From contig URDT01000002.1 in the NCBI GenBank assembly GCA_900546745.1, forward strand, positions 466-64,465: a stretch of 64,000 nt of DNA, read 5' to 3'. The position numbers and the translations under genes are program-made. Origin of the DNA: an uncultured Mycoplasmatota bacterium. Lineage in GTDB: Bacteria > Bacillota_I > Bacilli_A > RF39 > UBA660. This document shows positions 19,978 to 29,780 of this stretch, in pieces (the stretch's first letter is position 1; every line of letters starts with the position of its first letter). The notes beneath the pieces were generated by a model, which was not told the DNA's origin, ran no database searches, and saw nothing but the letters and a program-made list of their open reading frames with translations.

Positions 19978-20667
19978 TTAAGAGCCTTGTCTTCCTAAGT
20001 ATTCTATTGCTAAAGTTACTAATGAGTTAGTAAAATAAGATTGCGATTGAATATTTTTAATATCTGGGCTATTTAAATTTATTGTTTGTTTACTTGTATT
20101 TACTAATTCATAAATGTTAGATGAATCCTCTACAGCAATAATTCCATGTGCTGAAATTTGTCTTGCCACTTCATCTTGTGACCACTCGCTAGCTCCTATA
20201 TAAATATTATCTGTTCCAACTTTTCTGAAACCAAAAGAAACAAAATCTTTAGTAGGATCAAAATTTACATCTGTTTTAGATGAATAAGCTGATATTATAA
20301 TATGAATAAAGTAGTAACCTTTTACATTAAATTGAATCGTTTTTTCGTTAGAATCTAAATTAACCAATTTGCTAATATCTAACTCTACTCTATTCATGGG
20401 TAATCTTTCTCCAGAAGCAATGGAAAGTAATGTTCCATCATTAAATGTTACTAAATAAGCATTTCTCATTAATTGTGGCCCTGTAGGACCCATTTCACCC
20501 TGTGGACCTGGTGGTCCCATTTCACCCTGTGGACCTGGTGGTCCCATTGGTCCTCGAGGTCCTGTTGGACCAACGTAACAAGTTGGTTTATAGGAAGAAT
20601 CTTTTGCTATTTTTTCATAGGCTTTTTTTAAATTTTTTCCACATTTATTAAATGGACAATTATTCAT
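19978..20667 (-). CDS. collagen-like (GXY)11 protein with globular C-terminal domain, BclA-like
   Basis: [33 protein letters not shown] triple-helix repeats after a 32-aa Cys-containing leader, then a beta-rich C-terminal domain. Confidence 0.75.
   Translation of the reverse strand: MNNCPFNKCGKNLKKAYEKIAKDSSYKPTCYVGPTGPRGPMGPPGPQGEMGPPGPQGEMGPTGPQLMRNAYLVTFNDGTLLSIASGERLPMNRVELDISKLVNLDSNEKTIQFNVKGYYFIHIIISAYSSKTDVNFDPTKDFVSFGFRKVGTDNIYIGASEWSQDEVARQISAHGIIAVEDSSNIYELVNTSKQTINLNSPDIKNIQSQSYFTNSLVTLAIEYLGRQGS
20549..20667 (-). repeat. duplicated 5' gene segment (copy 1) shared by the two collagen-like genes
   Basis: A 119-nt block is roughly 90% identical by eye to 21204-21322. Confidence 0.8.
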
Positions 20668-20743
20668 AGAATCACTCCTCTCTAAACATCATATGATAAA
20701 AAAAAGAAAAGTAATAATTCAAAAATATTACTTTTCTTAGTAA

Positions 20744-21322
20744 TTAACTAATTTTTACGATAATTAACTCAGTATTATAAAGACTACTTTCGTTTAATTG
20801 AATTCCTGAATCTGATCGATTTACAAAAGCATAAGTTGCTCCAGCAGGTGATTCAAATATAGCGTTTCCATGAACTGCTGAAGAACTATTTTGTTGTACT
20901 TTAACACCAGTTTCAGATTCTCCAATAGATGCTGTATCTGGTGAGACACGTTCTAATTCTATAGTTACTTCTTGTTCAACATTAGTATTTGTAAATAAAA
21001 CATGCCAAGCAGCTAAATAAGTTCCTGCTTGTTGAATAGTAATTGTACTATCTGCTGAATTATAAGTAATATTCTTTGAAAGAGGAACTTCATCAAATGT
21101 AAAATCTGTATCCGCATTTACTGTAGTTGCCTTTGTTTGAACAGCTCTAAAAAAAGCTGATGTAATTGTTGGAGCAGGTCCAACTGGTCCAGTTGGACCT
21201 ATCGGTCCTCGAGGTCCTGTTGGGCCAACGCAACAAGTTGGTTTATGGGAAGAATCTTTTGCTATTTTTTCATAAGCCTTTTTTAAATTCTTTCCACATT
21301 TATTAGATGGACAATTATCCAT
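20744..21322 (-). CDS. collagen-like (GXY)6 protein with BclA/C1q-like C-terminal domain; paralogue of 19978-20667
   Basis: Same N-terminal leader ([27 protein letters not shown]), [18 protein letters not shown] repeats, and a divergent C-terminal domain. Confidence 0.75.
   Translation of the reverse strand: MDNCPSNKCGKNLKKAYEKIAKDSSHKPTCCVGPTGPRGPIGPTGPVGPAPTITSAFFRAVQTKATTVNADTDFTFDEVPLSKNITYNSADSTITIQQAGTYLAAWHVLFTNTNVEQEVTIELERVSPDTASIGESETGVKVQQNSSSAVHGNAIFESPAGATYAFVNRSDSGIQLNESSLYNTELIIVKIS
21204..21322 (-). repeat. duplicated 5' gene segment (copy 2) shared by the two collagen-like genes
   Basis: See 20549-20667. Confidence 0.8.
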
Positions 21323-21390
21323 ATTTACACTTCCTTTCTGCTATATCATATGAGAAAGAAAAAATTAGAATTAATTTTACTATCTATTTT

Positions 21391-21993
21391 TTATTGATTC
21401 TTCATAATTTGTTCATTCGCAAATTGAAAATCAATGATAGAAAAAAAGTTATCCATATATTCTGATTTATTATTTTTATAATTCAAATAATAGGCATGTT
21501 CCCACATATCTAAAGCAATTAATGGAATATATCTATAATAATAAGGATTTTCTTGATTTTTTAATGTTACAATCTTTAAATTAGAATTATCTAGTACTAA
21601 AAATATATACCCTGATCCTTGTAATAAAAGTGCTTGTTCTTTAATTTTCTTTTTTAAATTATCTACAGTTTCAAATGTATTGATAATTAATTGATTCAAT
21701 AAAATATTAGGTTCTATATGATTAGGTGACATGCTACTAAAATACAAATTGTGATTTAAAACACCACCTAGATTAAACATAATTTGTTCTCTGTCCTCAC
21801 TATTAAATTCTAAGACATGGTGTGATAGTTCCTCTATTGGATACCTAAAATCATAATGATTTTTCAGTAATAGTTCATTTAATTTATTCAAATATCCTTG
21901 TTGATGTTTATTATGGTGAAGTCCTAATGTGTGGGTATCTATAAATGGTTCTAATTCATCATATTGATACGGCAATGGTTTTAATTGATACAT
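21391..21993 (-). CDS. sodA: Fe/Mn superoxide dismutase
   Basis: LPYQYDELEPFID..HHNKHQQGY and DMWEHAYYL metal-ligand motifs. Confidence 0.92.
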   Translation of the reverse strand: MYQLKPLPYQYDELEPFIDTHTLGLHHNKHQQGYLNKLNELLLKNHYDFRYPIEELSHHVLEFNSEDREQIMFNLGGVLNHNLYFSSMSPNHIEPNILLNQLIINTFETVDNLKKKIKEQALLLQGSGYIFLVLDNSNLKIVTLKNQENPYYYRYIPLIALDMWEHAYYLNYKNNKSEYMDNFFSIIDFQFANEQIMKNQ

Positions 21994-22037
21994 AATATCC
22001 CTCCTATAAAATATATGATTTCAAAATTAAAACTACA

Positions 22038-24080
22038 TCAAAAATGTAGTTTTAAAATTCTAGTAGTATTCAAAATTGTAAGAAGAGTGACACCAGTATC
22101 GGCAAATACAGCTTGCCACATAGAAGCAACACCAAGTCCACTTAGAAGCAATACAACTATTTTAACAATCATTGCAAATATTAAATTTTGTTTGACAATA
22201 TGGGTAGTAAATTTAGATATTTGGATACTTGTAACAATTTTTTCTAAATCATCTGTCATAATAACAACATCGGAAGCTTCTATAGCAGAAGCACTACCAA
22301 TACTTCCCATAGAAATTCCTACATCTGCTAAAGCTAATGATGGAGCATCATTAATACCATCTCCTACAAATGCTGTTTTTTGAGTGTTTGTTTGAATTTC
22401 TTTTTCCAATAATTGATATTTATCGTCTGGTAATAAATGATAACTAACATCTTTTATTCCTACTTTATCTCCAATAGATAAGGCTATCTCTTTAGAATCT
22501 CCTGTAAACATTTTTACCTGAATTCCTAGTTGTTTTAATTTTTGAATAACAGATGGAGCTTCTTTTTTAATTCCATCTAATAAATTTAATTTTGCAACAA
22601 TATTATCGTCTATACTTAAATAAATATCTTTATCTTTTTCTGAAGCTCCAACAAAATGGGAAGATCCTATTTTAATTATTTGATTTTGATATTGATAAAT
22701 AATTCCCTTCCCAGCTAATTCTTTATAGTCTTCTACATCATCAGTTGTAGTATCTATAGGAAAATGATTTAAAATAGATTTTGCGATTGGATGATTAGAT
22801 AATTTTTCACCTTTGACATATAATTTTATAATTTCAGTTTCCTCTAAATTAGAGTCTAATACTTCTAAATGATATTGATTAAATTCTCCTGTAGTAATGG
22901 TTCCTGTTTTATCAAATATAATTTTTTTGATTCGGCCTAAAGCATCTAAATAATCGCTTCCTTTAATTAAAATTCCTTCTTTGGAAGCTTTACCAATTCC
23001 AGAAAAATAACTAAGTGGTACTGAGATAGCAATCGCACATGGACAAGAGATTACTAAGAATGTTAAAGCACGTTGAATAGAATCATTCCAAGATAAAGAG
23101 AAAATCATTGGAAATATAATAGCTACTAAAAGCGCTAAAATTAAAACAATTGGTGTATATATTTTAGCAGCTGATGCTACAAATGTTTCGGTTTTTGCTT
23201 TTCTATCAGTGGCAGTTTCTACCAAATCTAGAATTCTTGAAACTGTGCTATTTTGATAAAGATTTGACACTTTTAATTCTATTAATCCTTCTTGATTAAT
23301 AGAGCCTGATAAAACTTCATCACCAATTTTTACTTTTCTCAGTTTACTTTCTCCTGTTAAAGCCGAAGTATTTAAATTAGCTTCTCCTTTTATGATGGTA
23401 CCATCAAGGGGTACTTTTTCTCCTCTTTTTACAATTATGATATCTCCTACATGAACCATTTCTGGCTTTACTTCAACAGATTGATTTTCTTTTTTTAAAT
23501 TCGCATATTCTGGTTTGATATCCATTAATGAGCTTATTGATTTTCTAGAATGATCAATTGCCATTTCTTCTAATACTTTTCCTATTTCATAGAGAATTAT
23601 GACCATTAGTCCTTCTGAAATATTATCTGTAAAATAAGCTCCGATACAAGAAATCGTAATTAATAAACTCTCATTAATAGATTTTGATTTAATAAGTAGT
23701 TTAATTGCATTTATAAAAGTCTTAGATAGTAAAATAATATAACTTAAAATAATTAATACTTTTGAAAGGTTTCCTTTTAACAAAAAACCTAATGCTGCGA
23801 AAACAATTCCTATTATTAAACGAATAACATGGGTCCAAGAAATCTTTTTACTTTCTTGTTTTTCTTCTAAATCTAATAAATAGACATCCGGCTCAATTTG
23901 TTGAACAATTTTTTCTATATAATCTTTGACATGTTCTGTCATATTGGTTTCTACAGTAACTGTCAATTTTGAAAAAATTACATTTGCGTTAATAATATTA
24001 GAATCTTGTTTTAATTTACTTTCTATTTTATTAGCGCAACTAGCACAATCTAACTCTGTAAATTTATATTTATAATTCAT
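22038..24080 (-). CDS. cadA: Cd/Zn-type heavy-metal translocating P1B-ATPase
   Basis: N-terminal HMA (CASCANKIE), SCPCAIAISVP transmembrane CPC motif, DKTGTIT phosphorylation site, GDGINDAP. ATG 24080 (MNYKYKF) is preferred over 24125, which would overlap the regulator gene heavily. Confidence 0.88.
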   Translation of the reverse strand: MNYKYKFTELDCASCANKIESKLKQDSNIINANVIFSKLTVTVETNMTEHVKDYIEKIVQQIEPDVYLLDLEEKQESKKISWTHVIRLIIGIVFAALGFLLKGNLSKVLIILSYIILLSKTFINAIKLLIKSKSINESLLITISCIGAYFTDNISEGLMVIILYEIGKVLEEMAIDHSRKSISSLMDIKPEYANLKKENQSVEVKPEMVHVGDIIIVKRGEKVPLDGTIIKGEANLNTSALTGESKLRKVKIGDEVLSGSINQEGLIELKVSNLYQNSTVSRILDLVETATDRKAKTETFVASAAKIYTPIVLILALLVAIIFPMIFSLSWNDSIQRALTFLVISCPCAIAISVPLSYFSGIGKASKEGILIKGSDYLDALGRIKKIIFDKTGTITTGEFNQYHLEVLDSNLEETEIIKLYVKGEKLSNHPIAKSILNHFPIDTTTDDVEDYKELAGKGIIYQYQNQIIKIGSSHFVGASEKDKDIYLSIDDNIVAKLNLLDGIKKEAPSVIQKLKQLGIQVKMFTGDSKEIALSIGDKVGIKDVSYHLLPDDKYQLLEKEIQTNTQKTAFVGDGINDAPSLALADVGISMGSIGSASAIEASDVVIMTDDLEKIVTSIQISKFTTHIVKQNLIFAMIVKIVVLLLSGLGVASMWQAVFADTGVTLLTILNTTRILKLHF

Positions 24081-24363
24081 TGATATGTTCACACCCCATT
24101 CTAAATATTTTTTCCACATGATCATCTGCTAAAGAGTAGTAAATCATATTCCCCACTTTTCTATAATTTACTAATTTTGAACTTTTTAAAATTCTCAGTT
24201 GATGAGAAACAGCAGATTGACTAACATTTATTTTATTAGCAATATCATTTACACATAATTCTTCATCTAATAAAATATTAATAATTTTTATTCTAGTAGA
24301 ATCTCCAAAAATCTTAAATAATTCTGATAAATCAATAATTTGATCTTCATTTAATTGTTTCAT
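24070..24363 (-). CDS. cadC: ArsR/SmtB family metalloregulator (CadC-like)
   Basis: wHTH ELCVNDIANKINVSQSAVSHQLRILK. ATG 24363 (MKQLNED) has an AGGAGGA RBS; the longer start at 24393 falls inside the operator palindrome. Confidence 0.85.
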   Translation of the reverse strand: MKQLNEDQIIDLSELFKIFGDSTRIKIINILLDEELCVNDIANKINVSQSAVSHQLRILKSSKLVNYRKVGNMIYYSLADDHVEKIFRMGCEHINEL

Positions 24364-24374
24364 AAATCCTCCTG

Positions 24375-24396
24375 TATATGAATAATTGTTCATATA
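24375..24396. promoter_or_regulatory. 22-nt imperfect palindrome, candidate ArsR/CadC operator
   Basis: TATATGAATAATTGTTCATATA has 10 of 11 symmetric pairs and lies directly upstream of the cadC RBS. Confidence 0.6.
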
Positions 24397-24440
24397 TTAA
24401 TATTATATGTTAAAAAAATAATTTATGTCAATAACATAAA

Positions 24441-25124
24441 CTATTTTTTCAAAAGTTTTTTGATTGTAAAAAAATCATTTGAACTTTCTTCTATGCATCC
24501 CTTTTCTTTATTGATTACAATTGGTGTTACAGTTTGAATATTCCATCCATTTTCAATGTATTCTGCTAATTCTATTTCATAATTAAAGCAACTTGTAATA
24601 ATTGTATTTTTCGAATTAGAATCAATTTTATGTAATCCACAGCATCTTACTAAGATATCGGAAATATCATCTTTTGTTATTTCACGTATTTTTTCTAACT
24701 CTTCTTGTGGATTTTTCGTGCTTTCCACTAATTCTTCAAAAAATTGAAGAAAATAAGCATGTGCCATGGTTATTCCAATAGCCATATCAATAATATGTTT
24801 TTCCCTGGTTATTGGAATTCCATCAATAGTATCCAAATAAGCTGGTTGACTAATATAGTTAAAATATACTTTAAATTGACCAGCCGTTATATATCTTCTC
24901 CCCTCTATATCATGAGCAATTTTAAAATATCCTATTGATGATTTTTTATTAATATCTATTTTATTTTTAGAAATATTTTTTTTCAATTGATTATAATCAA
25001 ATGTAAAATCGCATCCTTTATGTCCATCTTTTCCTGGATTATACAAATACCCATTTGGTGTTATAAACCAGGAATCAGGTAAATAAATATTATCTACTTT
25101 GTTAGGGACATAATAGATAGTCAT
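24441..25124 (-). CDS. hypothetical protein
   Basis: 227-aa ORF whose start overlaps the upstream gene stop by 4 nt (ATGA). No family recognised. Confidence 0.5.
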   Translation of the reverse strand: MTIYYVPNKVDNIYLPDSWFITPNGYLYNPGKDGHKGCDFTFDYNQLKKNISKNKIDINKKSSIGYFKIAHDIEGRRYITAGQFKVYFNYISQPAYLDTIDGIPITREKHIIDMAIGITMAHAYFLQFFEELVESTKNPQEELEKIREITKDDISDILVRCCGLHKIDSNSKNTIITSCFNYEIELAEYIENGWNIQTVTPIVINKEKGCIEESSNDFFTIKKLLKK

Positions 25125-25579
25125 AAGATAGTCATAATTTTGTCTAAATCTTTCTGAGCTTCTTTTAAAGTTATATTTAATTTTTCATAATATTCTTTAT
25201 TTCTAGGAATTAATTCAATTAATAAAAATGATATTCTCTTAATTAAATTAAAATATCTTTCAATATTTTTTGATCGAACGCCTATTTTCTGGTATTCCTC
25301 TAGTACCCATAATTCTTCTTTTATACTATCAAATTCATCCCATAAAGAACAAGCTTTTTCATAATCAATAAAACTATTTTCTTTGAACCATTTATAAATA
25401 TCAAAATTTTTATAAATCATAATTAAAACTTCTGAGTTTTTAAAAATATTTTGATATTTTTCAATAAATGACATAGGAAGTTGATAATCATCAAGCTCTT
25501 TTTTTCCCCTATCATCTTGATTAATAAGTGGTAAATAGAAGTTTCCTTTATTCTCTAGTTCTTTTAAATATCTGATCAT
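25121..25579 (-). CDS. hypothetical protein
   Basis: 152-aa ORF, helical-looking, translationally coupled to 24441-25124. Confidence 0.5.
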   Translation of the reverse strand: MIRYLKELENKGNFYLPLINQDDRGKKELDDYQLPMSFIEKYQNIFKNSEVLIMIYKNFDIYKWFKENSFIDYEKACSLWDEFDSIKEELWVLEEYQKIGVRSKNIERYFNLIKRISFLLIELIPRNKEYYEKLNITLKEAQKDLDKIMTIL

Positions 25580-25672
25580 ATTCTTCCCCCCAAAAAAAAA
25601 TCTAAAATATAATAAATTATTTACTATTATTTTTATTTAAAATAGTAATATTATCGGTCATACACATATCGT

Positions 25673-26946
25673 CTAATTTTTATTAAACTTTTTCTTGCTT
25701 AAGGACAAAATTTTTTGTAATTCATTTATATCTTCTGCCATAACATTAAAACCAGATTCTATTATATTGCTATTTAATAAATCAATATTAAGTATTTTTA
25801 ATAAGTCTAATGAATATTGACTACTTCCAGATGATAAAAACCTAATATAATCTTCTTTTGATAATGATTTTTTATTAACTAAAGAATCGGTAACTATACT
25901 TGCCATTAATAATCCTGTAGCATATTTATATGGATAATAACTCCATCTATATAGATGTCCAAGTCTAGTCCATTCAACATGAGCTATTTGATCACAGGAA
26001 ATATTATTACCATAATATTTCTTTAAAATGTTATAGTATCTCTCACATAAAATTTCCGATGTTAGTTCATAATTGGTTCTAACATTATATAAATCATTTT
26101 CAAATTCAGTATACATTGTTTGTTTAAATAGTTTTGAATAAGGCCTAAATTATTATTTACTGATTCAATTAATTTACTTATAATTTCAGGATTAATATTT
26201 TCTTCAAACAATATTTTTTCTAAAACAGAATTATATTTTTCTAAAATTGAATTTTCTATTCTACAACCATAAATTCTATTTAATAAATTTGCAAAATTAT
26301 CTTTTTCTTTTTGGAAAGCATTATTAACAACATAATATGTTTGTTTTCTCGTATCTCGGTCTCTAGATGAAATATATTTTACAAAATTTGATGATGTTAT
26401 TTTGATTTTTTCACCATTCACATTTATAATTCCATATTCAATATCCCTAAGTAAATTATTATATATACTTAATTGTTCATTTATACTATTACAATTTTCT
26501 TTTATTTTTTGACTTATTTCATCTGGTTGTATATGTTCTTCAAGTCTAAATAAATTATGTAGTGATAATTTATAAATCTCTAATTTTGGATTTTCAATAA
26601 TAAAATTAGAAACTTTTTTAAATCCTAAATCTAATATTTTTCTATCAACAAATTTTAATGTAGTACTTATATCATTATTAAACGCTTCTGCCACTCTTTT
26701 TAATTCAATACATTCGGTATCATTAACATTTTTATAATACATTAGAGAACCATAAATTAAAATATTATCACTTATTTCTTTTATTTTCTATTTTTTATCT
26801 AGCGAATTTAATAGTAAAGTAGAATCTAATTCAGCTTCTTCGTACTTTTTGATGTCTTCTATCAATTGCTTTACATTATTTATCTCATCATAAAACGCCT
26901 GATTATTAACAAATATTTCTTGTAAATTCCATTCTAATTTAGTCAT
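25673..26946 (-). pseudogene. pepF: oligoendopeptidase F (M3B) pseudogene in at least 3 fragments, catalytic core missing
   Basis: Three fragments read as PepF N-terminus, N-terminal half and C-terminal domain: MTKLEWNLQEIF...(26946 downstream, stop after 52 aa), 26062-26742 and 25673-26116. No HExxH motif anywhere; summed length is about 425 aa. Confidence 0.7.
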
Positions 26947-27084
26947 TATTACCCCTCCAAGAATAATCTAATACTATTATATCATAATCTTTTGTACTTT
27001 TTGCTTATATAAAATTTAAAAGAATAAGTCTTTTTACACATATTAATTGGTATGTCAATTTTCAAGTGTGTTATTAAACTCCCA

Positions 27085-27126
27085 AAATAAAACTACTTTC
27101 AATTTAATTTGAAAGTAGTTTTTATA
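27085..27126. terminator. hairpin terminator downstream of tRNA-Thr (bidirectional shape)
   Basis: AAACTACTTTC / GAAAGTAGTTT stem flanked by A/T runs. Confidence 0.6.
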
Positions 27127-27158
27127 TTACCTCGAAAAATTCGAGTTTAGTATCAATC

Positions 27159-27232
27159 TGGTGCCGGTAGTAAGAATCGAACTTACATCTAATCATTACG
27201 AGTGATTTGTTCTACCATTATACTATACCGGC
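27159..27232 (-). tRNA. tRNA-Thr (anticodon CGU)
   Basis: 74-nt cloverleaf read by hand: GCCGGTA acceptor stem, GTTCGATTC T-arm, anticodon loop CTCGTAA, encoded CCA. Confidence 0.88.
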
Positions 27233-27302
27233 ATAATTAAAGTATACCATCATATAATGTGATAGTCAAAGAAAAAAATAAAAGAGGTTAAAACCTCTCT
27301 TA

Positions 27303-27452
27303 TTAACGAACAAACGCTCCTAGTATGATAGCAAGTAATATATATAATACAATGATACAAACATATCCATTGTATCCATATCCTCCGCAACTACTTTGAT
27401 TATTACATTGCGTTGTTTGTTTACATTCACTGTTAGAATTTGGACAAGACAT
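27303..27452 (-). CDS. tiny Cys-rich membrane protein, YjcZ-like (sporulation-associated tiny TM family)
   Basis: MSCPNSNSECKQTTQCNNQSSCGGYGYNGYVCIIVLYILLAIILGAFVR with an AAAGGAGGTG RBS. The GGYG + hydrophobic tail pattern fits the YjcZ family. Confidence 0.6.
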   Translation of the reverse strand: MSCPNSNSECKQTTQCNNQSSCGGYGYNGYVCIIVLYILLAIILGAFVR

Positions 27453-27471
27453 TTTTACACCTCCTTTTGAC

Positions 27472-27555
27472 CTAAATGTAGGCCCCAAGTATAATAATTA
27501 AAAGAATAAATAATACTAGTACGATTGCAGCACCTGATACTCCAGTATTACACAT
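27472..27555 (-). CDS. 27-aa tiny membrane protein, YjcZ-like (not in the ORF track)
   Basis: Hand-translated MCNTGVSGAAIVLVLFILLIIILGAYI with an AGGAGGAATG-type RBS. It sits in tandem with 27303-27452. Confidence 0.5.
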   Translation of the reverse strand: MCNTGVSGAAIVLVLFILLIIILGAYI

Positions 27556-27699
27556 AAAGCATTCCTCCTTTTTATCTTTTCACATTATTGTATGGTGTTT
27601 TTCTAAAAATGTGTATATTTAAAGGTGAAAATATTGCAATTTTCTTGTTTTTTTTATACAAAAATGATAATATTGTTTATGTACAAGGAGGATTTAAGT

Positions 27700-28956
27700 A
27701 TGGCAAATAAAAAAAGCACTTCAAGTGATAGTACAAAAACAACAAAAAAAACTACTAGTAGCACTAAAAAGACTACAGTAAAGAAAACAGGTACTACAAA
27801 AACAACAAAACCTGTTACTAAAAACGTAAAAGCTGAAGAAAAAACGAAAACAACTGTCAAAAAGGTTGAACAACCAAAAGCTGAAATGAAAAAAGTAGAA
27901 GCAACTGTTAAAAAAGAAACAAAAAAAATAGAAACACCTAAAAAAGAAGTAAAAAATACTCAAAAAACATTTAATGTAAAAGATAACTTGAATGTAATTG
28001 GTGGAGCTATTATCATTCTTCTTTTAGCTATTAATATCATTCTAATTATAAATGGTCACAAAGTAAAACTATCTGATGGTAAAGAAATTATTGCTAGTAT
28101 AGATGGTAAAGATTTTGTTGCTGATGATTTATTTGATGAATTAAAAGAACAATATGGTTCTAATAATTTATTAAATATGGTAGATAAATATATTATTAGT
28201 AAAGAAGTGAAAGATGATTCTGATGCTAAAACGAAAGCTAAAGAAAATTTAGAAAGTATTCGTTCACAATATGAATCTTCTGGTTATGAATGGGAAACTG
28301 TTTTAACTCAATATGGATATTCCAATGAAGATGAATTATTAAACGAACTTACTACATCTATTCAAAAAGAAAATGTTGCTAAACAATACTTAAAAGATAA
28401 TTTAACAGATGCTGAAATCAATGAATATTATGAAAATCAAGTTTATGGTACTTATACTGTAAAACATATTTTAATTAAACCAGCTACAACTGATAGTATG
28501 ACAGATGAAGAAAAATCTGCTGCTGAAGATGCTGCAAAAGCAAAAGCTCAAGAAGTTATTGATAAATTAAATAATGGTGAAGATTTTACTTCTCTTGTAA
28601 AAGAATATTCTGAAGATACTGGTTCTGTTGATAATGAAGGATTAGTAGAAAACTTCACAAAAGGTGATGTTGATGATGCTTTCTTCACTGAAACAAACAA
28701 TCTAAAAAATGGTGAATATTCTAAAGAACCTGTCAAGAGTTCTTATGGATACCATGTTATTCTAAGAGTTAGCTCTACAGATAAAAAAGCTTTAAAAGAT
28801 ATTAAAGATGAAGTTATGGAAAAAATTGTTGAAAACAAATTAAGTGATGATTCAACACTTTATACAAAAACTTGGGTTGATATCAGAAAAAAATATAACT
28901 TTACAATTAATGATACTACACTTAAAAATGCTTATGAAAAAACAATTAACAGTTAA
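27700..28956 (+). CDS. prsA: PrsA-like foldase / parvulin-type peptidyl-prolyl isomerase, TM-anchored
   Basis: ATG 27700 follows an AGGAGGA RBS. Lys/Thr-rich tract, one TM helix, SurA-N-like region, and a parvulin domain (HILIKP...SSYGYHVI). Confidence 0.75.
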   Translation: MANKKSTSSDSTKTTKKTTSSTKKTTVKKTGTTKTTKPVTKNVKAEEKTKTTVKKVEQPKAEMKKVEATVKKETKKIETPKKEVKNTQKTFNVKDNLNVIGGAIIILLLAINIILIINGHKVKLSDGKEIIASIDGKDFVADDLFDELKEQYGSNNLLNMVDKYIISKEVKDDSDAKTKAKENLESIRSQYESSGYEWETVLTQYGYSNEDELLNELTTSIQKENVAKQYLKDNLTDAEINEYYENQVYGTYTVKHILIKPATTDSMTDEEKSAAEDAAKAKAQEVIDKLNNGEDFTSLVKEYSEDTGSVDNEGLVENFTKGDVDDAFFTETNNLKNGEYSKEPVKSSYGYHVILRVSSTDKKALKDIKDEVMEKIVENKLSDDSTLYTKTWVDIRKKYNFTINDTTLKNAYEKTINS

Positions 28957-28960
28957 TTAA

Positions 28961-28988
28961 AAGGTGATTTTGAAATCACCTTTTTTTA
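28961..28988. terminator. bidirectional terminator between prsA and recX
   Basis: AAGGTGATTT / AAATCACCTT hairpin followed by T7. Confidence 0.75.
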
Positions 28989-29744
28989 TATTATTTGATT
29001 GATATCATCTGAAGAAAAACCTTTTTGGTATAATCTATTTTTTATTTGATACTTCAATTCTTCTCCTTCGTATTTTTTACATAATTTACGAAATAAACGA
29101 TCATATTCTTTTTTTATAATTAAATTATTATCACCTTTCGTGTGATCTAGTTTTTGTATAATTGAATCATAATCATATCCCAAATTAATCAAGTAATTCA
29201 ATAATTTTTGTTTCATAGCAAAAATAGATTTTGTTTTATTACATGCCATTTTCTTTTGAATTAATTTTTCTAATTTTTCTTCAAATATTTTATCATCATA
29301 TTCTTGTAATATCTCTTCTATTTCACTCTCTTCCATTTTATACTTTAATAATTCATTTTTTATTTTATTGGGTCCATCATTTGATAAATGCACTTTATCA
29401 CTAATAAAAGATTTTATAAATAAACTATCATTTAATAAATTATTCTTTTCTAATTTTTCTAAAATTTTATTTTGATCTTCTATAGAGATATCCTGCTTTG
29501 TCATATATTCTTCAATTTCATATCTACTTCTCATTTTATAAAGCACATATTTTAATACTTTATAATAATTATAATAATAACTATTTTCTTTATCAATTTG
29601 ACTAAATAATTCGGAATCTATCTCTTTATGAAAAAGTAAATTATGATTCAATATAACTTCATCATATAATTGAATAGAGGTACCATCTTCTAATTCTAAC
29701 TTATATTTACCGGACTTTAATTTTTTTATTTTTTGTATTTTCAT
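28986..29744 (-). CDS. recX: recombination regulator RecX
   Basis: N-terminal KIxxI...Y.LELEDG pattern and three helical repeats with the RS..E(I/L)..(Y/K)(L/M) and GP..I...L signatures typical of Firmicute RecX. Confidence 0.65.
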   Translation of the reverse strand: MKIQKIKKLKSGKYKLELEDGTSIQLYDEVILNHNLLFHKEIDSELFSQIDKENSYYYNYYKVLKYVLYKMRSRYEIEEYMTKQDISIEDQNKILEKLEKNNLLNDSLFIKSFISDKVHLSNDGPNKIKNELLKYKMEESEIEEILQEYDDKIFEEKLEKLIQKKMACNKTKSIFAMKQKLLNYLINLGYDYDSIIQKLDHTKGDNNLIIKKEYDRLFRKLCKKYEGEELKYQIKNRLYQKGFSSDDINQII

Positions 29745-29780
29745 ATTGTCACCAATTTAATTATACCAAATTTTTGTTCG

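Noticed and set aside
27706-27960. Repetitive AAA/ACA-rich DNA at the 5' end of the prsA-like gene
   Set aside because: It is in frame and encodes a Lys/Thr-rich low-complexity cytoplasmic tail before the TM helix. It is not an independent repeat element.
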